Source: Bacteroidales bacterium
Lineage (GTDB): Bacteria > Bacteroidota > Bacteroidia > Bacteroidales > JAAYUG01
Length of the DNA: 64,000 bases
NCBI GenBank assembly: GCA_012517825.1
Contig: JAAYUG010000111.1
Location: 4,948-68,947 of the forward strand
Direction: 5' to 3'
In this document: positions 40,467 to 50,286 of the stretch, in pieces
How positions within the stretch are numbered: position 1 is the first letter of the stretch
Layout of the letters: each line of letters starts with the position of its first letter
Notes under the pieces: model-generated
What the model was told of the DNA's origin: nothing
What the model saw: the letters and a program-made list of their open reading frames with translations, nothing else
Databases searched by the model: none
Program-made: the position numbers and the translations under genes

Positions 40467-41195
40467 ATGAAACATTTCCGGAACAGTATTCTATGGGGAT
40501 ACAGCAGTGTTTGCTGTCTTTTTTTCTTCTTGCTTGCACAGGGGGATCTTTCTGCGCAGACCGATACAACAGGATTAGTGCGGTATACTCCCGAGTACCG
40601 GTTTACCGACGGGATATTCATTGATTTCATGCAAGTGAGAAATAACCGTCCGATAGCCAAATCGCGCATTCTTACAACGGTTGACTATAATGATCCTTCT
40701 TTTTTTAACCAGATTCTGAAACAGAACAAAATATCCTACTACGATGAGATGGGTGTTAAGAGGGAAATTGCAGCCGATAAAATATGGGGCTTTGCCAGGA
40801 ACGGAAGTTTGTATTACCGGATTGGCCAGAATTTCAACCGGATAATGATTGTGGGAAGTATCTGCCATTTTATTGGTACTGTTACCACGTATAATCCTCG
40901 GTATTATAGTCCATACATTTACGATTATTATTCTTATCCCTATTCGCCATACTCCTATGGCTATCCTTACTCATCGATGGAAACACAGGAAGCAAAGCAA
41001 TTTATACTGGATTTTGAAACCGGCCAGGTTTATGAATTTACTGTAAGTAATGTGGAAGCATTGTTGATACGCGATCCTCAGCTGTATGAGGAATTTATGG
41101 CACTTTCAAGCCGAAAAAAGAAGCAGTTGCGGTTTATGTACGTTCGTCGTTTCAATGAGCGTAATCCCTTGTATCTTCCTGCAAATAATCAATAA
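40467..41195 (+). CDS. Secreted hypothetical protein with a Tyr/Pro/Ser-rich low-complexity segment
   Basis: Signal-like N-terminus (SSVCCLFFFLLAQGDLSAQ) and an internal YNPRYYSPYIYDYYSYPYSPYSYGYPYSS segment. No family recognised. Confidence 0.6.
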   Translation: MKHFRNSILWGYSSVCCLFFFLLAQGDLSAQTDTTGLVRYTPEYRFTDGIFIDFMQVRNNRPIAKSRILTTVDYNDPSFFNQILKQNKISYYDEMGVKREIAADKIWGFARNGSLYYRIGQNFNRIMIVGSICHFIGTVTTYNPRYYSPYIYDYYSYPYSPYSYGYPYSSMETQEAKQFILDFETGQVYEFTVSNVEALLIRDPQLYEEFMALSSRKKKQLRFMYVRRFNERNPLYLPANNQ

Positions 41196-41205
41196 AACAA
41201 GGCAT

Positions 41206-42057
41206 ATGAAAACTAAATCTATTCTGTTTTTTTTGTTCTTTTCCTTCCTTCAGATGGTTGGTGCACAGGATTATGTGCCTACACGGGCCGATGTTGAGCA
41301 GTTTTTTAAAACCAAAACGCTCGTTGTTCTGGAAGATAATCCGCTGATGGAGTATAATATCCTCATTCAGGAGGTGATGAAGCGGGAGTGGACCATCACA
41401 CCCTTTGAAATTATTTCTTACAAAGAGTTTGAAGAAAAGCGCAAGGATCCTGCCTATTCGTTTTTAGTTCTTGTTCAGACGCGTTTTGAACGGGACAAGA
41501 CCAACGCTAAGTATAAATTCCTCGACGTTTTGCTGGGGGGCAACTATTTCCGGATCAACGAAATGCCGGCGCTTGTCCAGGTTCCTCTTGCCTATGAAGA
41601 AGTGGAGGAGCATAGTTACATTTATAAGCTCGGAACCCTGGTGCGCTTCATCCAGAACCATATACGGCTCATCTATGAGAAGCCGGAAATCATTTCGGCC
41701 AATGTTTTTAAATACTATAACAACAATATTGCTGACATCCGTAACAAAGTCCTTTATGTTACTGAAGACGACCTGGCTCCGGAGGTCAATTCGGAACGAA
41801 AGATCAAAGCCATTTATCCTTACAAGGTAAGAATCACCACACCGGAAGAAATTGAAAAGGCGATCCAGGAAAAAAATCCGGATGTAGTATTTCTTCATAA
41901 GGTGGGACCGGAAGGTACGAGGATGAAAGCCCGGTGCTACAAGGTGATTATTGGAGCAGATGATGCCAGATTCTATTATTTTGATTATCATAACATTGAC
42001 GACAAGCACCCTGACGGCTTTCTGGCCAGTGACTTTAAAAAACTAGCTAAAAAGTAA
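41206..42057 (+). CDS. Secreted hypothetical protein
   Basis: MKTKSILFFLFFSFLQMVGAQDYVP (signal peptide). Internal ATG of ORF 41086-42057, 11 nt after the preceding gene. No family recognised. Confidence 0.6.
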   Translation: MKTKSILFFLFFSFLQMVGAQDYVPTRADVEQFFKTKTLVVLEDNPLMEYNILIQEVMKREWTITPFEIISYKEFEEKRKDPAYSFLVLVQTRFERDKTNAKYKFLDVLLGGNYFRINEMPALVQVPLAYEEVEEHSYIYKLGTLVRFIQNHIRLIYEKPEIISANVFKYYNNNIADIRNKVLYVTEDDLAPEVNSERKIKAIYPYKVRITTPEEIEKAIQEKNPDVVFLHKVGPEGTRMKARCYKVIIGADDARFYYFDYHNIDDKHPDGFLASDFKKLAKK

Positions 42058-42068
42058 GGATTTCTGAC

Positions 42069-43745
42069 ATGGCGGATGACAAAAAAATCATTTTCTCCAT
42101 GGTGGGAGTGGGGAAAATTTATCCCCCCCACAAAAAGGTGCTGAACAATATTTCCCTGTCGTTTTTCTATGGAGCAAAGATCGGCGTCATAGGTCTCAAT
42201 GGTTCGGGCAAATCGACCTTGCTGAGAATAATAGCCGGGAAAGAGAAATCGTTTGAGGGGCAGGTGGTTTTTTCCCCGGGGTATTCCATTGGATTGCTCG
42301 AACAGGAACCTCAACTTGATGAAGACAAAACAGTCAGGGAAACGGTTGAAGAAGGGCTGGGCAGGATTGTTGGTCTGTTGCGTGAGTACGAGGAAATAGC
42401 CAACCGCTTTTCGGAGCCTTTGCCGGAAGAGGAGATGAACCAATTGCTTGAACGGCAGGGACAATTGACTGAACAGATTGATGCAGCCGGTGGCTGGGAA
42501 CTGGATAGTACTATCAGCCGGGCTATGGATGCCCTCAACTGTCCGGAGGGAGATGTTCCGGTATCGATTCTTTCAGGCGGGGAAAGGCGCAGGGTAGCTC
42601 TTTGCCGGCTTTTGCTCCAGCAGCCCGACATTTTGCTTCTCGATGAACCCACCAACCATCTTGATGCTGAATCAGTGCAGTGGCTGGAGGTATATCTGCG
42701 GAACTACCCGGGAACAGTTATCGCCGTTACACACGATCGGTATTTTCTTGACAATGTGGCGGGGTGGATTCTGGAACTTGACCGGGGAGAAGGGATTCCA
42801 TGGAAAGGCAACTATTCGTCGTGGCTGGAACAAAAGGCCCGGCGGCTGGAAATGGAAGAAAAAACCGAAAGCCGGCGCAGAAAAACCCTTGAACGGGAGC
42901 TGGAATGGGTGCGCATGGCCCCGAAGGCACGACAGGTCAAATCAAAAGCCCGTCTGAATGCCTATGAAAAACTCCTGGGAGAGGATGTCAAAGTTAAGGA
43001 AGAGCGTCTTGAGATATTTATTCCCAACGGTCCCCGCCTTGGTCAGAAAGTGATTGAAGCCAGGCAGGTAGCTAAAGCTTACGGGGATAAACTGCTGTTT
43101 GAGAACCTGAATTTCGTTCTTCCTCCCGCAGGGATTGTCGGCGTCATTGGCCCGAATGGCGCAGGCAAAACGACACTCTTTCGTCTGATCATGGGGCTGG
43201 AAAAACCCGATGCCGGAGAGTTTGTGGTTGGAGAAACAGTCAGGCTTGGTTATGTTGACCAGGAACATGCTGCGATAGATCCCCAAAAGACTGTTTTTGA
43301 AGTCATTTCAGGTGGAAGTGATTTTATCAGGATGGGAGGACGCGAAATAAACGCCCGCGCCTATGTTGCCCGGTTCAATTTCACCGGAGCCGATCAGGAA
43401 AAGAAAGTACATATGCTCTCAGGCGGTGAACGAAACCGGCTTCACCTGGCCCTTACGCTGAAAGAAGAAGCCAACGTTCTGCTACTTGACGAACCAACCA
43501 ATGACATTGACGTAAATACCCTCCGTGCCCTGGAGGAAGGCCTGGAGGATTTTGCCGGCTGTGCGGTAATCATCTCCCATGACCGCTGGTTCCTTGACCG
43601 TGTAGCAACTCATATCCTGGCTTTTGAAGGGAATGCCCAGGTTTATTTCTTTGAAGGGGGATTCTCGGAATATGAAGAAAACCGCAAAAAAAGAACGGGA
43701 GAAACCACACCGAAACGTTTCCGGTTTAAAAAACTTACCCGATAG
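42069..43745 (+). CDS. ettA: ABC-F ATPase, energy-dependent translational throttle EttA-type
   Basis: 558 aa with two ABC cassettes (GLNGSGKST / LSGGERRRVAL and GPNGAGKTT / LSGGERNRLHL). The N-terminus IFSMVGVGKIYPPHKKVLNNISLSF is typical of EttA. Confidence 0.88.
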   Translation: MADDKKIIFSMVGVGKIYPPHKKVLNNISLSFFYGAKIGVIGLNGSGKSTLLRIIAGKEKSFEGQVVFSPGYSIGLLEQEPQLDEDKTVRETVEEGLGRIVGLLREYEEIANRFSEPLPEEEMNQLLERQGQLTEQIDAAGGWELDSTISRAMDALNCPEGDVPVSILSGGERRRVALCRLLLQQPDILLLDEPTNHLDAESVQWLEVYLRNYPGTVIAVTHDRYFLDNVAGWILELDRGEGIPWKGNYSSWLEQKARRLEMEEKTESRRRKTLERELEWVRMAPKARQVKSKARLNAYEKLLGEDVKVKEERLEIFIPNGPRLGQKVIEARQVAKAYGDKLLFENLNFVLPPAGIVGVIGPNGAGKTTLFRLIMGLEKPDAGEFVVGETVRLGYVDQEHAAIDPQKTVFEVISGGSDFIRMGGREINARAYVARFNFTGADQEKKVHMLSGGERNRLHLALTLKEEANVLLLDEPTNDIDVNTLRALEEGLEDFAGCAVIISHDRWFLDRVATHILAFEGNAQVYFFEGGFSEYEENRKKRTGETTPKRFRFKKLTR

Positions 43746-43884
43746 GAAGAATCGATAGCATTGCGATTCCAACTGCAGAGGATTGTTTTTCGTTTTTATC
43801 TGGTTTTTGCTGTCTCAGAAAGTCACAGGATGGCATTCAATAATCGGTAAATTCGAATCAGTCTGATGAATAAAAAATTTTTAT

Positions 43885-43892
43885 TATTTTTG
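43885..43892 (+). promoter_or_regulatory. TAnnTTTG -7 box
   Basis: TATTTTTG lies 36 nt upstream of the ATG at 43928. Confidence 0.45.
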
Positions 43893-43927
43893 AACAACCT
43901 GATTTTCTAACTAAAACCTGAAATCCT

Positions 43928-45751
43928 ATGAAGTGGTTTTTACGCTTTTTCTTTTTAATGAGCCTGTGTCCGCTCATGTTGTCTGCTCAGAATGAAGTTC
44001 TTATTGCAGACTTTGAAACTTCCATTCCCAACACCTACTATTACGCCCCCGGGGGTACAGCCACTGTGGTGGATAACCCGTATGTTGATGCCAGAAATGG
44101 CAGTGCCAAGGTTCTGCGTTTTGACAAAAGTTCGGGGACTTACAAACTTATCGGATTCGGATTTCCTGACCTGCAGATAAAGGTGAAGGATGTAAAGCAG
44201 GTGGAATTTCTGATTTATGGCGAAAATTTCAACAGTCTTTACGTGTCAACGGAAAATACCCTTGACCCGCGGACAAGTGAAATTCACAAGATCTGGGCTA
44301 AACCTTACGGTACTTCAAATGTCTGGTACAAAGTGACCGTTCCGCTTAACAAGCCTGATCCACAGGATACCCTCGGGTATCTGGGGTATCTCAACATTTT
44401 TCCGAACATGGAAGATGCTGCCCAAGCAACCTTTTATATTGACAGCGTGAAACTGGTGCTTTTCCCCACCGGTGTCGGGGTAGAAAGTGTGACCGTTGAC
44501 CCCAAACAGGTTGAGCTTATTGTGAATGAAAAGCGCTTAATTGAAGCGCAAATTGAACCTGAAGATGCTGATAATAAGAATGTTACATGGGCATCAACCG
44601 ATGCTGATGTTGCCACGGTAGATGCTACCGGAATGGTTACGGCTGTTTCAGCTGGTTCAGCTAAAATCTATGTGACCACTGAAGATGGCGGGTTTACCGA
44701 TACCTGTTATGTTACCGTAACGGATGTAATTCCTGAATATCCGCCTGTGATAGCCAACTTTGAGGATGTGGTTCCTTCTGATGCCCCCGGTTCAGGTGTA
44801 TGGCAGGTGTTCAGCTGGAATGGTTCGAGGGAGATAATTCCCAATCCGGTTAAAGACGAGAACAATAATACTGATAATTTACTGCATTATACCAAGGATG
44901 CCGGCGCTACGTGGTCAGGTTTCGGATTCTTTTACCAGGATGGCATTTACACCACACCCGATCTGGAAAGCCTTGAACTGATGTTGTATGGTGTGCAATG
45001 GACCAAGCTCTTTGTTAAAGTGGAAGGTATCAAAAACGGAACACCTGCTACCTTTTATGAAACTCCGTGGCCGTGGGCACCACCCTCAACGGCTGGAAGC
45101 TGGAATAAAATTGTGATTCCTTTTGGGCCCAATCTTGCCGGCAGCCGGATAAAGAATATTCTTGTCATGTGTGCCGATGTCAGCGACCCGTTCGAAGTGT
45201 ATGTTGATCAGGTAAAACTGAATTATAAAGTTTCCGTGGAATCGGTAGCGCTCAATAAAACAACCCTTGAACTGGCTGTCGGTGCTGAAGAATATCTTGA
45301 AGCTATTATTACTCCGGCCAATGCTTCGAACCAGAACGTTACCTGGGAAAGTTCCAATACTGCCGTTGCCACAGTAAACTCACTGGGCAAAGTAGTAGCC
45401 GTAGCTCCCGGAACCGCTACCATTACGGTAACTACCGAAGACGGTGCCAAAACGGCCACCTGTGAAGTTACTGTTATTCAAACAGGTATCCATTCAACCA
45501 CGGCAAAACAAAATTATCTGTATCCAAATCCGGTGACCGGTTCTGTGCTTTATGTTGCAGTGCCTTCAGCTGTATCCGGAACGGTTCAGTTCAGAATAAT
45601 GGATGTTTCAGGACGCATCGTTCAATCCTTCAGCTCACCTGTTAACGGAAGCCGCACCTATCAGCTTTCTGTCCGTCTTGTTCCCGGCAATTACCTGCTG
45701 AAGGTAACTGGTGAAGGCGTCAATGATATGATGAAGCTGATCGTGAAATAA
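43928..45751 (+). CDS. T9SS-sorted protein: 2 x (CBM-like module + Big_2 Ig-like domain) + C-terminal sorting domain
   Basis: Signal peptide. Two Big_2-like segments (VTVDPKQVELIVNEK...VTWASTDADVATVDATGMVTAVSAGSAKIYVTTEDG and VALNKTTLELAVGAE...VTWESSNTAVATVNSLGKVVAVAPGTATITVTTEDG). The C-terminus is YLYPNPVTGSVLYV...LLKV. Confidence 0.75.
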   Translation: MKWFLRFFFLMSLCPLMLSAQNEVLIADFETSIPNTYYYAPGGTATVVDNPYVDARNGSAKVLRFDKSSGTYKLIGFGFPDLQIKVKDVKQVEFLIYGENFNSLYVSTENTLDPRTSEIHKIWAKPYGTSNVWYKVTVPLNKPDPQDTLGYLGYLNIFPNMEDAAQATFYIDSVKLVLFPTGVGVESVTVDPKQVELIVNEKRLIEAQIEPEDADNKNVTWASTDADVATVDATGMVTAVSAGSAKIYVTTEDGGFTDTCYVTVTDVIPEYPPVIANFEDVVPSDAPGSGVWQVFSWNGSREIIPNPVKDENNNTDNLLHYTKDAGATWSGFGFFYQDGIYTTPDLESLELMLYGVQWTKLFVKVEGIKNGTPATFYETPWPWAPPSTAGSWNKIVIPFGPNLAGSRIKNILVMCADVSDPFEVYVDQVKLNYKVSVESVALNKTTLELAVGAEEYLEAIITPANASNQNVTWESSNTAVATVNSLGKVVAVAPGTATITVTTEDGAKTATCEVTVIQTGIHSTTAKQNYLYPNPVTGSVLYVAVPSAVSGTVQFRIMDVSGRIVQSFSSPVNGSRTYQLSVRLVPGNYLLKVTGEGVNDMMKLIVK

Positions 45752-45775
45752 GGGATACTAAATGGACTAAATTTT

Positions 45776-45812
45776 GTCAGCCGGCGAAAATCAACCTGCC
45801 GGCTGACTTTTT
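45776..45812 (+). terminator. Strong rho-independent terminator
   Basis: GTCAGCCGGC-(12 nt)-GCCGGCTGAC followed by TTTTT. Confidence 0.85.
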
Positions 45813-45833
45813 CATTATCCAAACCATTCGCAT

Positions 45834-48698
45834 ATGAACCGAAAACTCATTTTCTTTTTTCTTCTCATACTTGCAGGATGGAGGGGACATGCAAGTGACT
45901 GGATTCAAACTTTGCCCCTGACCGATAAGATTCTGGTGCTGTATTTTGACGATGGATATATTCAGCATTATGGTTACCACCAGCAGTCATCCGCCTGTGT
46001 AACCTTTAACAGCCCTCTCGATATCAGCAAGGCCATGCTGACCGGTTCTTATACCATTTCAAGCCCTGATGATGCCAGTTTTGCCGGAGGTGTTCAGCCT
46101 GTGAGTGTTGGCCGTAAATCGAAGGGACAGGACTTTTCACGTAAGTGCCTCTGGAGACAGTCTGTTTTGTACAATGAATGCCATGGCGGAGCTACCATCT
46201 GCGATAACGACTTCATTTTTGAACATTTCGTTTATCTTGAACTTCCACATGCCCTGCAACAGGGGAAAAAGTACGTCATCACCCTTTCAGGTCTTGCCAC
46301 TAATTATAATTCCGACACGCTGGTTTTCGATGTGACACGGGTAAGATCGGATGCAGTTCATGTAAATCAGATCGGGTTTTTACCGGATGCAGAAGAAAAA
46401 TACGGTTATCTTTCAGCCTGGATGGGGGACAAGGGACCTCTTGACCTGGACGATTATGCCGGGTCCAGGTTTCATCTGATTGATCTCTCAACGGGGCAGG
46501 CAGTATTTGAAGGGACCATAGCCAAACGGCTTGATGTGGAAACTGCCCAGCAGAAAGACCTGCCTGGAGAGCCTGGAAGTCCATTCTTTTCGATGAGTGA
46601 CGTATGGGAGTGTGACTTTTCTTCATTCACCACTCCGGGTGAATATGTTCTTTCGGTTGAAAAAATAGGATGTTCCTACCCGTTTAAAATCGGAAAGGAT
46701 ATTTACAGGGAGGCATTTTATCATACGGTCAGGCAATTGTATCATGCCCGCACCGGAATTGCCCTTACGGAACCATATACAAAATTTACCCGTCCCCGGA
46801 CATGCCATCCTGCTGACGGAAAGATCCGATTTAAATATACCCGGTCAAAATGGACCGACTGGCATAGCGAAAACGGTGATATGAATACTGTTTTGTCGCT
46901 GGTTGACACGAGTGTACATCTGACAACCTGGGGGTGGTACCAGGATGCGGGCGACTGGGATGGGTATTACTCGCACACTGCAGTGCCACGCTACCTGATG
47001 AGCATTTACGAGCTGTATCCGGAAAAATTCCGTGACGGTGAACTGAACATTCCGGAAAGCGGAAATGGTATTCCCGATATTTTGGATGAAGCCCGTTGGC
47101 TGATTGATTATTTTGACCGAACACGCGGGCCTTCCGGAGGAATTGCCGGCGCCAGGATTCATCCTGATTTTGAAGATATTGCCGACGGAGTCCCTTCCTG
47201 GGAGGATACGAGGAACTGGATCATTTCAGGCGAAGATGTGGTGACAACCTATACGTTTGCCGGCATGTGTGCTCAGCTGGCCTGGTGTTACAAAATATCG
47301 GGCAACAATACCCTGGCAAACAGCTTTATCAGCAAGGCCGAGTCGGCATTTGACTGGGCAGAAAGCCACAAACAGCAAGGGGAAGACCTGCACAATGCCC
47401 GTTTGTATGCGAGCGCATGGCTGTATAAGTACATTGGTGCTGCTGTGTTCCAAAATATTTTTAAGCAGGATTACATCAATCAGTCATCGGCTGAGTATGC
47501 GTCTGAAAATTTCAGGTGGGCAGTGTATGCCTTTGCTACCTGTAATCAAGGAAACATTGACGCCAACCAGAAAACCACCTGCATCAACCAGGTGAAATCC
47601 ATTGCTGATGCTGATGTGGTTGATCCGGCCACAAAGAGAAGTTTTCGTGCAGGATTCAACTGGACTTATCCCATGCTGGTAGGGCAGGCTACAACACCCA
47701 TGGTCTTTCCGGCGGTTGTAGCTTATAAGATCACGGGCGATAAAAAATACCTTACGGCCATTGAAACCACCGTTGATTACTTTATGGGGGGCAATCCGCT
47801 GAACATGCTCTGGATGACGGGCTATGGAGATCACCATCCGGAGCAGGTCATGCACCTTGACACATGGTTCAGCAACCGGGATGAATTCATTCCCGGGATC
47901 ATTCCCTATGGCCCTACCTATATAGGTCGCGACTGGATGCCGAACAACGGCCCGTGGGCATCGGAGTTTGCTCTCTGCAGGGTGTATCCGTCAAAGGAAT
48001 TGTGGCCAGGGCATGAGATGTATTTTGAGAATCGCTATTGTCCCCCAACCAATGAATTTACCATTCATCAGAATACGGCTCCGGCTGCTGCCGTGCTTGG
48101 ATTTCTATGTGATACGGCTTCCGGTCAATGGGCTCCCAATGAGCCTCCCTCAGTAATTTTTACAGGTCCTGATAAAGCAACCCTCCAGCCTGGTTCTACG
48201 GTAATGTTTACAGTGCAGGTATCTGACAACGATGGTTACGTTACCAGGGTAGAATATTTCAATAACAAGCATAAAATCGGACAATCAGCCGCACCTCCCT
48301 TTTCGTTTACCTGGAAGAACCTGCCGTCAGGTCCCTATGCCATTGAGGCTGTGGTTTATGACAATGAGGGGGCTCGCGGTAAATCCGTTCTTGGCCAGAC
48401 ATCAGCTCCTGCAATTACTTCAAACGATGGTACGGGACTAAAGGTCTTCCCCAATCCCGGGCACAACATGGTATATTTTGAGTTCGATGTCGAAAAACCG
48501 TCGGATGCGGTATGTTCTATCTACAGTGCCGATGGAAAGCTGGTCAGATCATGGAATGTAAAAAATCTTGCTCATGGTTTGCAACGGCTTGCCTTTAATC
48601 TGTCAGAACTTCCCCTTGTTCCCGGCCAGTACCTTTGTGCAGTTGATACGACCATTCCCGGAAACAAACGGAAACTTGCCTGGCTGATTATTCAATAA
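45834..48698 (+). CDS. GH9-family glycoside hydrolase (endoglucanase-like) with Ig-like modules and T9SS C-terminal sorting domain
   Basis: 954 aa with a signal peptide. GWYQDAGDWDGY (GH9 DAGD motif) and GGNPLNMLWMTGYGDHHPEQVMH (GH9 signature-like). The C-terminus is KVFPNPGHNMVYFEF... Confidence 0.8.
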   Translation: MNRKLIFFFLLILAGWRGHASDWIQTLPLTDKILVLYFDDGYIQHYGYHQQSSACVTFNSPLDISKAMLTGSYTISSPDDASFAGGVQPVSVGRKSKGQDFSRKCLWRQSVLYNECHGGATICDNDFIFEHFVYLELPHALQQGKKYVITLSGLATNYNSDTLVFDVTRVRSDAVHVNQIGFLPDAEEKYGYLSAWMGDKGPLDLDDYAGSRFHLIDLSTGQAVFEGTIAKRLDVETAQQKDLPGEPGSPFFSMSDVWECDFSSFTTPGEYVLSVEKIGCSYPFKIGKDIYREAFYHTVRQLYHARTGIALTEPYTKFTRPRTCHPADGKIRFKYTRSKWTDWHSENGDMNTVLSLVDTSVHLTTWGWYQDAGDWDGYYSHTAVPRYLMSIYELYPEKFRDGELNIPESGNGIPDILDEARWLIDYFDRTRGPSGGIAGARIHPDFEDIADGVPSWEDTRNWIISGEDVVTTYTFAGMCAQLAWCYKISGNNTLANSFISKAESAFDWAESHKQQGEDLHNARLYASAWLYKYIGAAVFQNIFKQDYINQSSAEYASENFRWAVYAFATCNQGNIDANQKTTCINQVKSIADADVVDPATKRSFRAGFNWTYPMLVGQATTPMVFPAVVAYKITGDKKYLTAIETTVDYFMGGNPLNMLWMTGYGDHHPEQVMHLDTWFSNRDEFIPGIIPYGPTYIGRDWMPNNGPWASEFALCRVYPSKELWPGHEMYFENRYCPPTNEFTIHQNTAPAAAVLGFLCDTASGQWAPNEPPSVIFTGPDKATLQPGSTVMFTVQVSDNDGYVTRVEYFNNKHKIGQSAAPPFSFTWKNLPSGPYAIEAVVYDNEGARGKSVLGQTSAPAITSNDGTGLKVFPNPGHNMVYFEFDVEKPSDAVCSIYSADGKLVRSWNVKNLAHGLQRLAFNLSELPLVPGQYLCAVDTTIPGNKRKLAWLIIQ

Positions 48699-48724
48699 GG
48701 AATCGGCTGCATGCAAAAGGAAAG

Positions 48725-48770
48725 GAAGAGATTACAGCAAACAGGAATTCCTGCTGGATCTCTTCTTTTT
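48725..48770 (+). terminator. Hairpin plus T5 after the GH9 gene
   Basis: GAAGAGAT...(inner palindrome CAGGAATTCCTG)...ATCTCTTC followed by TTTTT. Confidence 0.6.
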
Positions 48771-48799
48771 CGTTTTCTTGTATAGCTATCTAATTATTG

Positions 48800-48807
48800 T
48801 ACTTTTG
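48800..48807 (+). promoter_or_regulatory. TAnnTTTG -7 box upstream of hisS
   Basis: TACTTTTG lies 17 nt upstream of the ATG at 48824. Confidence 0.5.
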
Positions 48808-48823
48808 TGCAAAATTTTTCATC

Positions 48824-50188
48824 ATGGCTGTTCCGGTACCAGGCATTCCAAAAGGAACGAGGGATTTTCTCCCCCAGGAAGCAGTTCGCAGGAATTATAT
48901 TTTCCGTACTATTCAGGAGGTTTTTCATTTGTTTGGATACCAGCCGATTGAGACTCCTGCCATGGAAAATCTTTCTACCCTGCTTGGCAAATACGGGGAA
49001 GAAGGAGACAAGCTGTTGTTCAGAATTCTGAATTCGGGCGATTTTTTGAGCGGGGTTCCGGCCGGTATTCCTTACGATTCTTCGGAATGGTCGAGATACA
49101 TTTGTGACCGCGGTTTGCGGTACGATCTTACCGTTCCTTTTGCCCGGTTTGTAGTACAGCATTACAATGAACTGGTCTTTCCGTTTAAGCGCTATCAGAT
49201 GCAGCCGGTCTGGAGAGCGGATCGCCCACAGAAAGGCCGTTACCGTGAATTTTATCAATGCGATGCCGATATCATCGGGAGCAATTCCCTGCTGAATGAA
49301 CTGGAATTGGTTCAGATGATTGATGAGGTGTTCAGGAGGCTCTCCCTGCGGGTGCTTATAAAACTGAACAACCGGAAAATTCTTGCCGGTATTGCAGAAA
49401 CAATCGGAATGGCTGATCAGCTCACCCCGCTTACCATAGCACTTGACAAACTGGAAAAAACCGGAGAAGAGAAAGTTTTGCAGGAACTGTCGGCAGCCGG
49501 AGCCGGTGCAGAAGTAATTGAAAAACTAATCCCCTTTCTGCGGATTACCGGAGGAAATGAGAGCAGGCTGGAACAGCTATCAGAAATGATAAAAGCCTCA
49601 GAGGAAGGGAGAAAGGGAATAGCTGAAATGAAGGAGTTGATGGGGTATGTATCTTCCTATGCTCCGGAAGCCAATGTGGAATTTGATATTACTCTGGCCC
49701 GTGGCCTGAACTATTATACCGGAACCATTGTGGAGGTCAAGTCGCTGGATGTATCCATAGGGAGCATCTGCGGGGGTGGAAGGTACGATAATCTTACGGG
49801 AATATTTGGCTTGCCTGGGATTTCGGGCGTAGGGGTATCCTTTGGTGCAGACCGTATTTACGATGTGCTGCAGCAGACAAATCGCTTCCCGGCAGGAGAT
49901 ACCACAGCCTGCAGTGTGCTGTTTGCCAATTTCGGGGGAAAAGCGGTTCAGCCAGCCCTTGAATTTGTCAGGAAACTGCGTTCAGCCGGTATAAGCAGTG
50001 AAATATATCCTGACAATGCCAAACTGAAGAAACAGCTTGATTATGCCAACCGTCGGAATATTCCCTATGTTGTGCTTGCCGGCGAAGAGGAACTGAGCGA
50101 AGGAAAAGTGACCCTGAAGAATATGACCACGGGAGAACAGAAAAAAGTGGCGGTTGAAGAGTTGGCGGATGTTCTCCGAAACCGCTGA
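48824..50188 (+). CDS. hisS: Histidine--tRNA ligase
   Basis: MAVPVPGIPKGTRDFLPQEAVRRNYIF...; class II motifs (...FRYE-type QPVWRADRPQKGRYREFYQCD...GGGRYDNL). Internal ATG of ORF 48797-50188. Confidence 0.93.
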   Translation: MAVPVPGIPKGTRDFLPQEAVRRNYIFRTIQEVFHLFGYQPIETPAMENLSTLLGKYGEEGDKLLFRILNSGDFLSGVPAGIPYDSSEWSRYICDRGLRYDLTVPFARFVVQHYNELVFPFKRYQMQPVWRADRPQKGRYREFYQCDADIIGSNSLLNELELVQMIDEVFRRLSLRVLIKLNNRKILAGIAETIGMADQLTPLTIALDKLEKTGEEKVLQELSAAGAGAEVIEKLIPFLRITGGNESRLEQLSEMIKASEEGRKGIAEMKELMGYVSSYAPEANVEFDITLARGLNYYTGTIVEVKSLDVSIGSICGGGRYDNLTGIFGLPGISGVGVSFGADRIYDVLQQTNRFPAGDTTACSVLFANFGGKAVQPALEFVRKLRSAGISSEIYPDNAKLKKQLDYANRRNIPYVVLAGEEELSEGKVTLKNMTTGEQKKVAVEELADVLRNR

Positions 50189-50286
50189 CAAGATCCTTGT
50201 TAATCCATCAATTTTTATTCCAGGTAATTATAATTCAGTAAGTTGTCGCAAAGGGTCCACCGGCTGGTGCCGGAAATTCTATTTGG

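Noticed and set aside
41086-41205. 40-codon N-terminal extension of the second secreted hypothetical gene
   Set aside because: It overlaps the preceding gene. The ATG at 41206 gives a clean signal peptide.
48771-48823. T-box or attenuator leader upstream of hisS
   Set aside because: Only about 17 nt separate the -7 box from the ATG, so there is no room for a leader structure.
48794-49258. 154-aa minus-strand ORF at the hisS 5' end
   Set aside because: It lies antisense to hisS, and its start would lie inside the hisS coding region.
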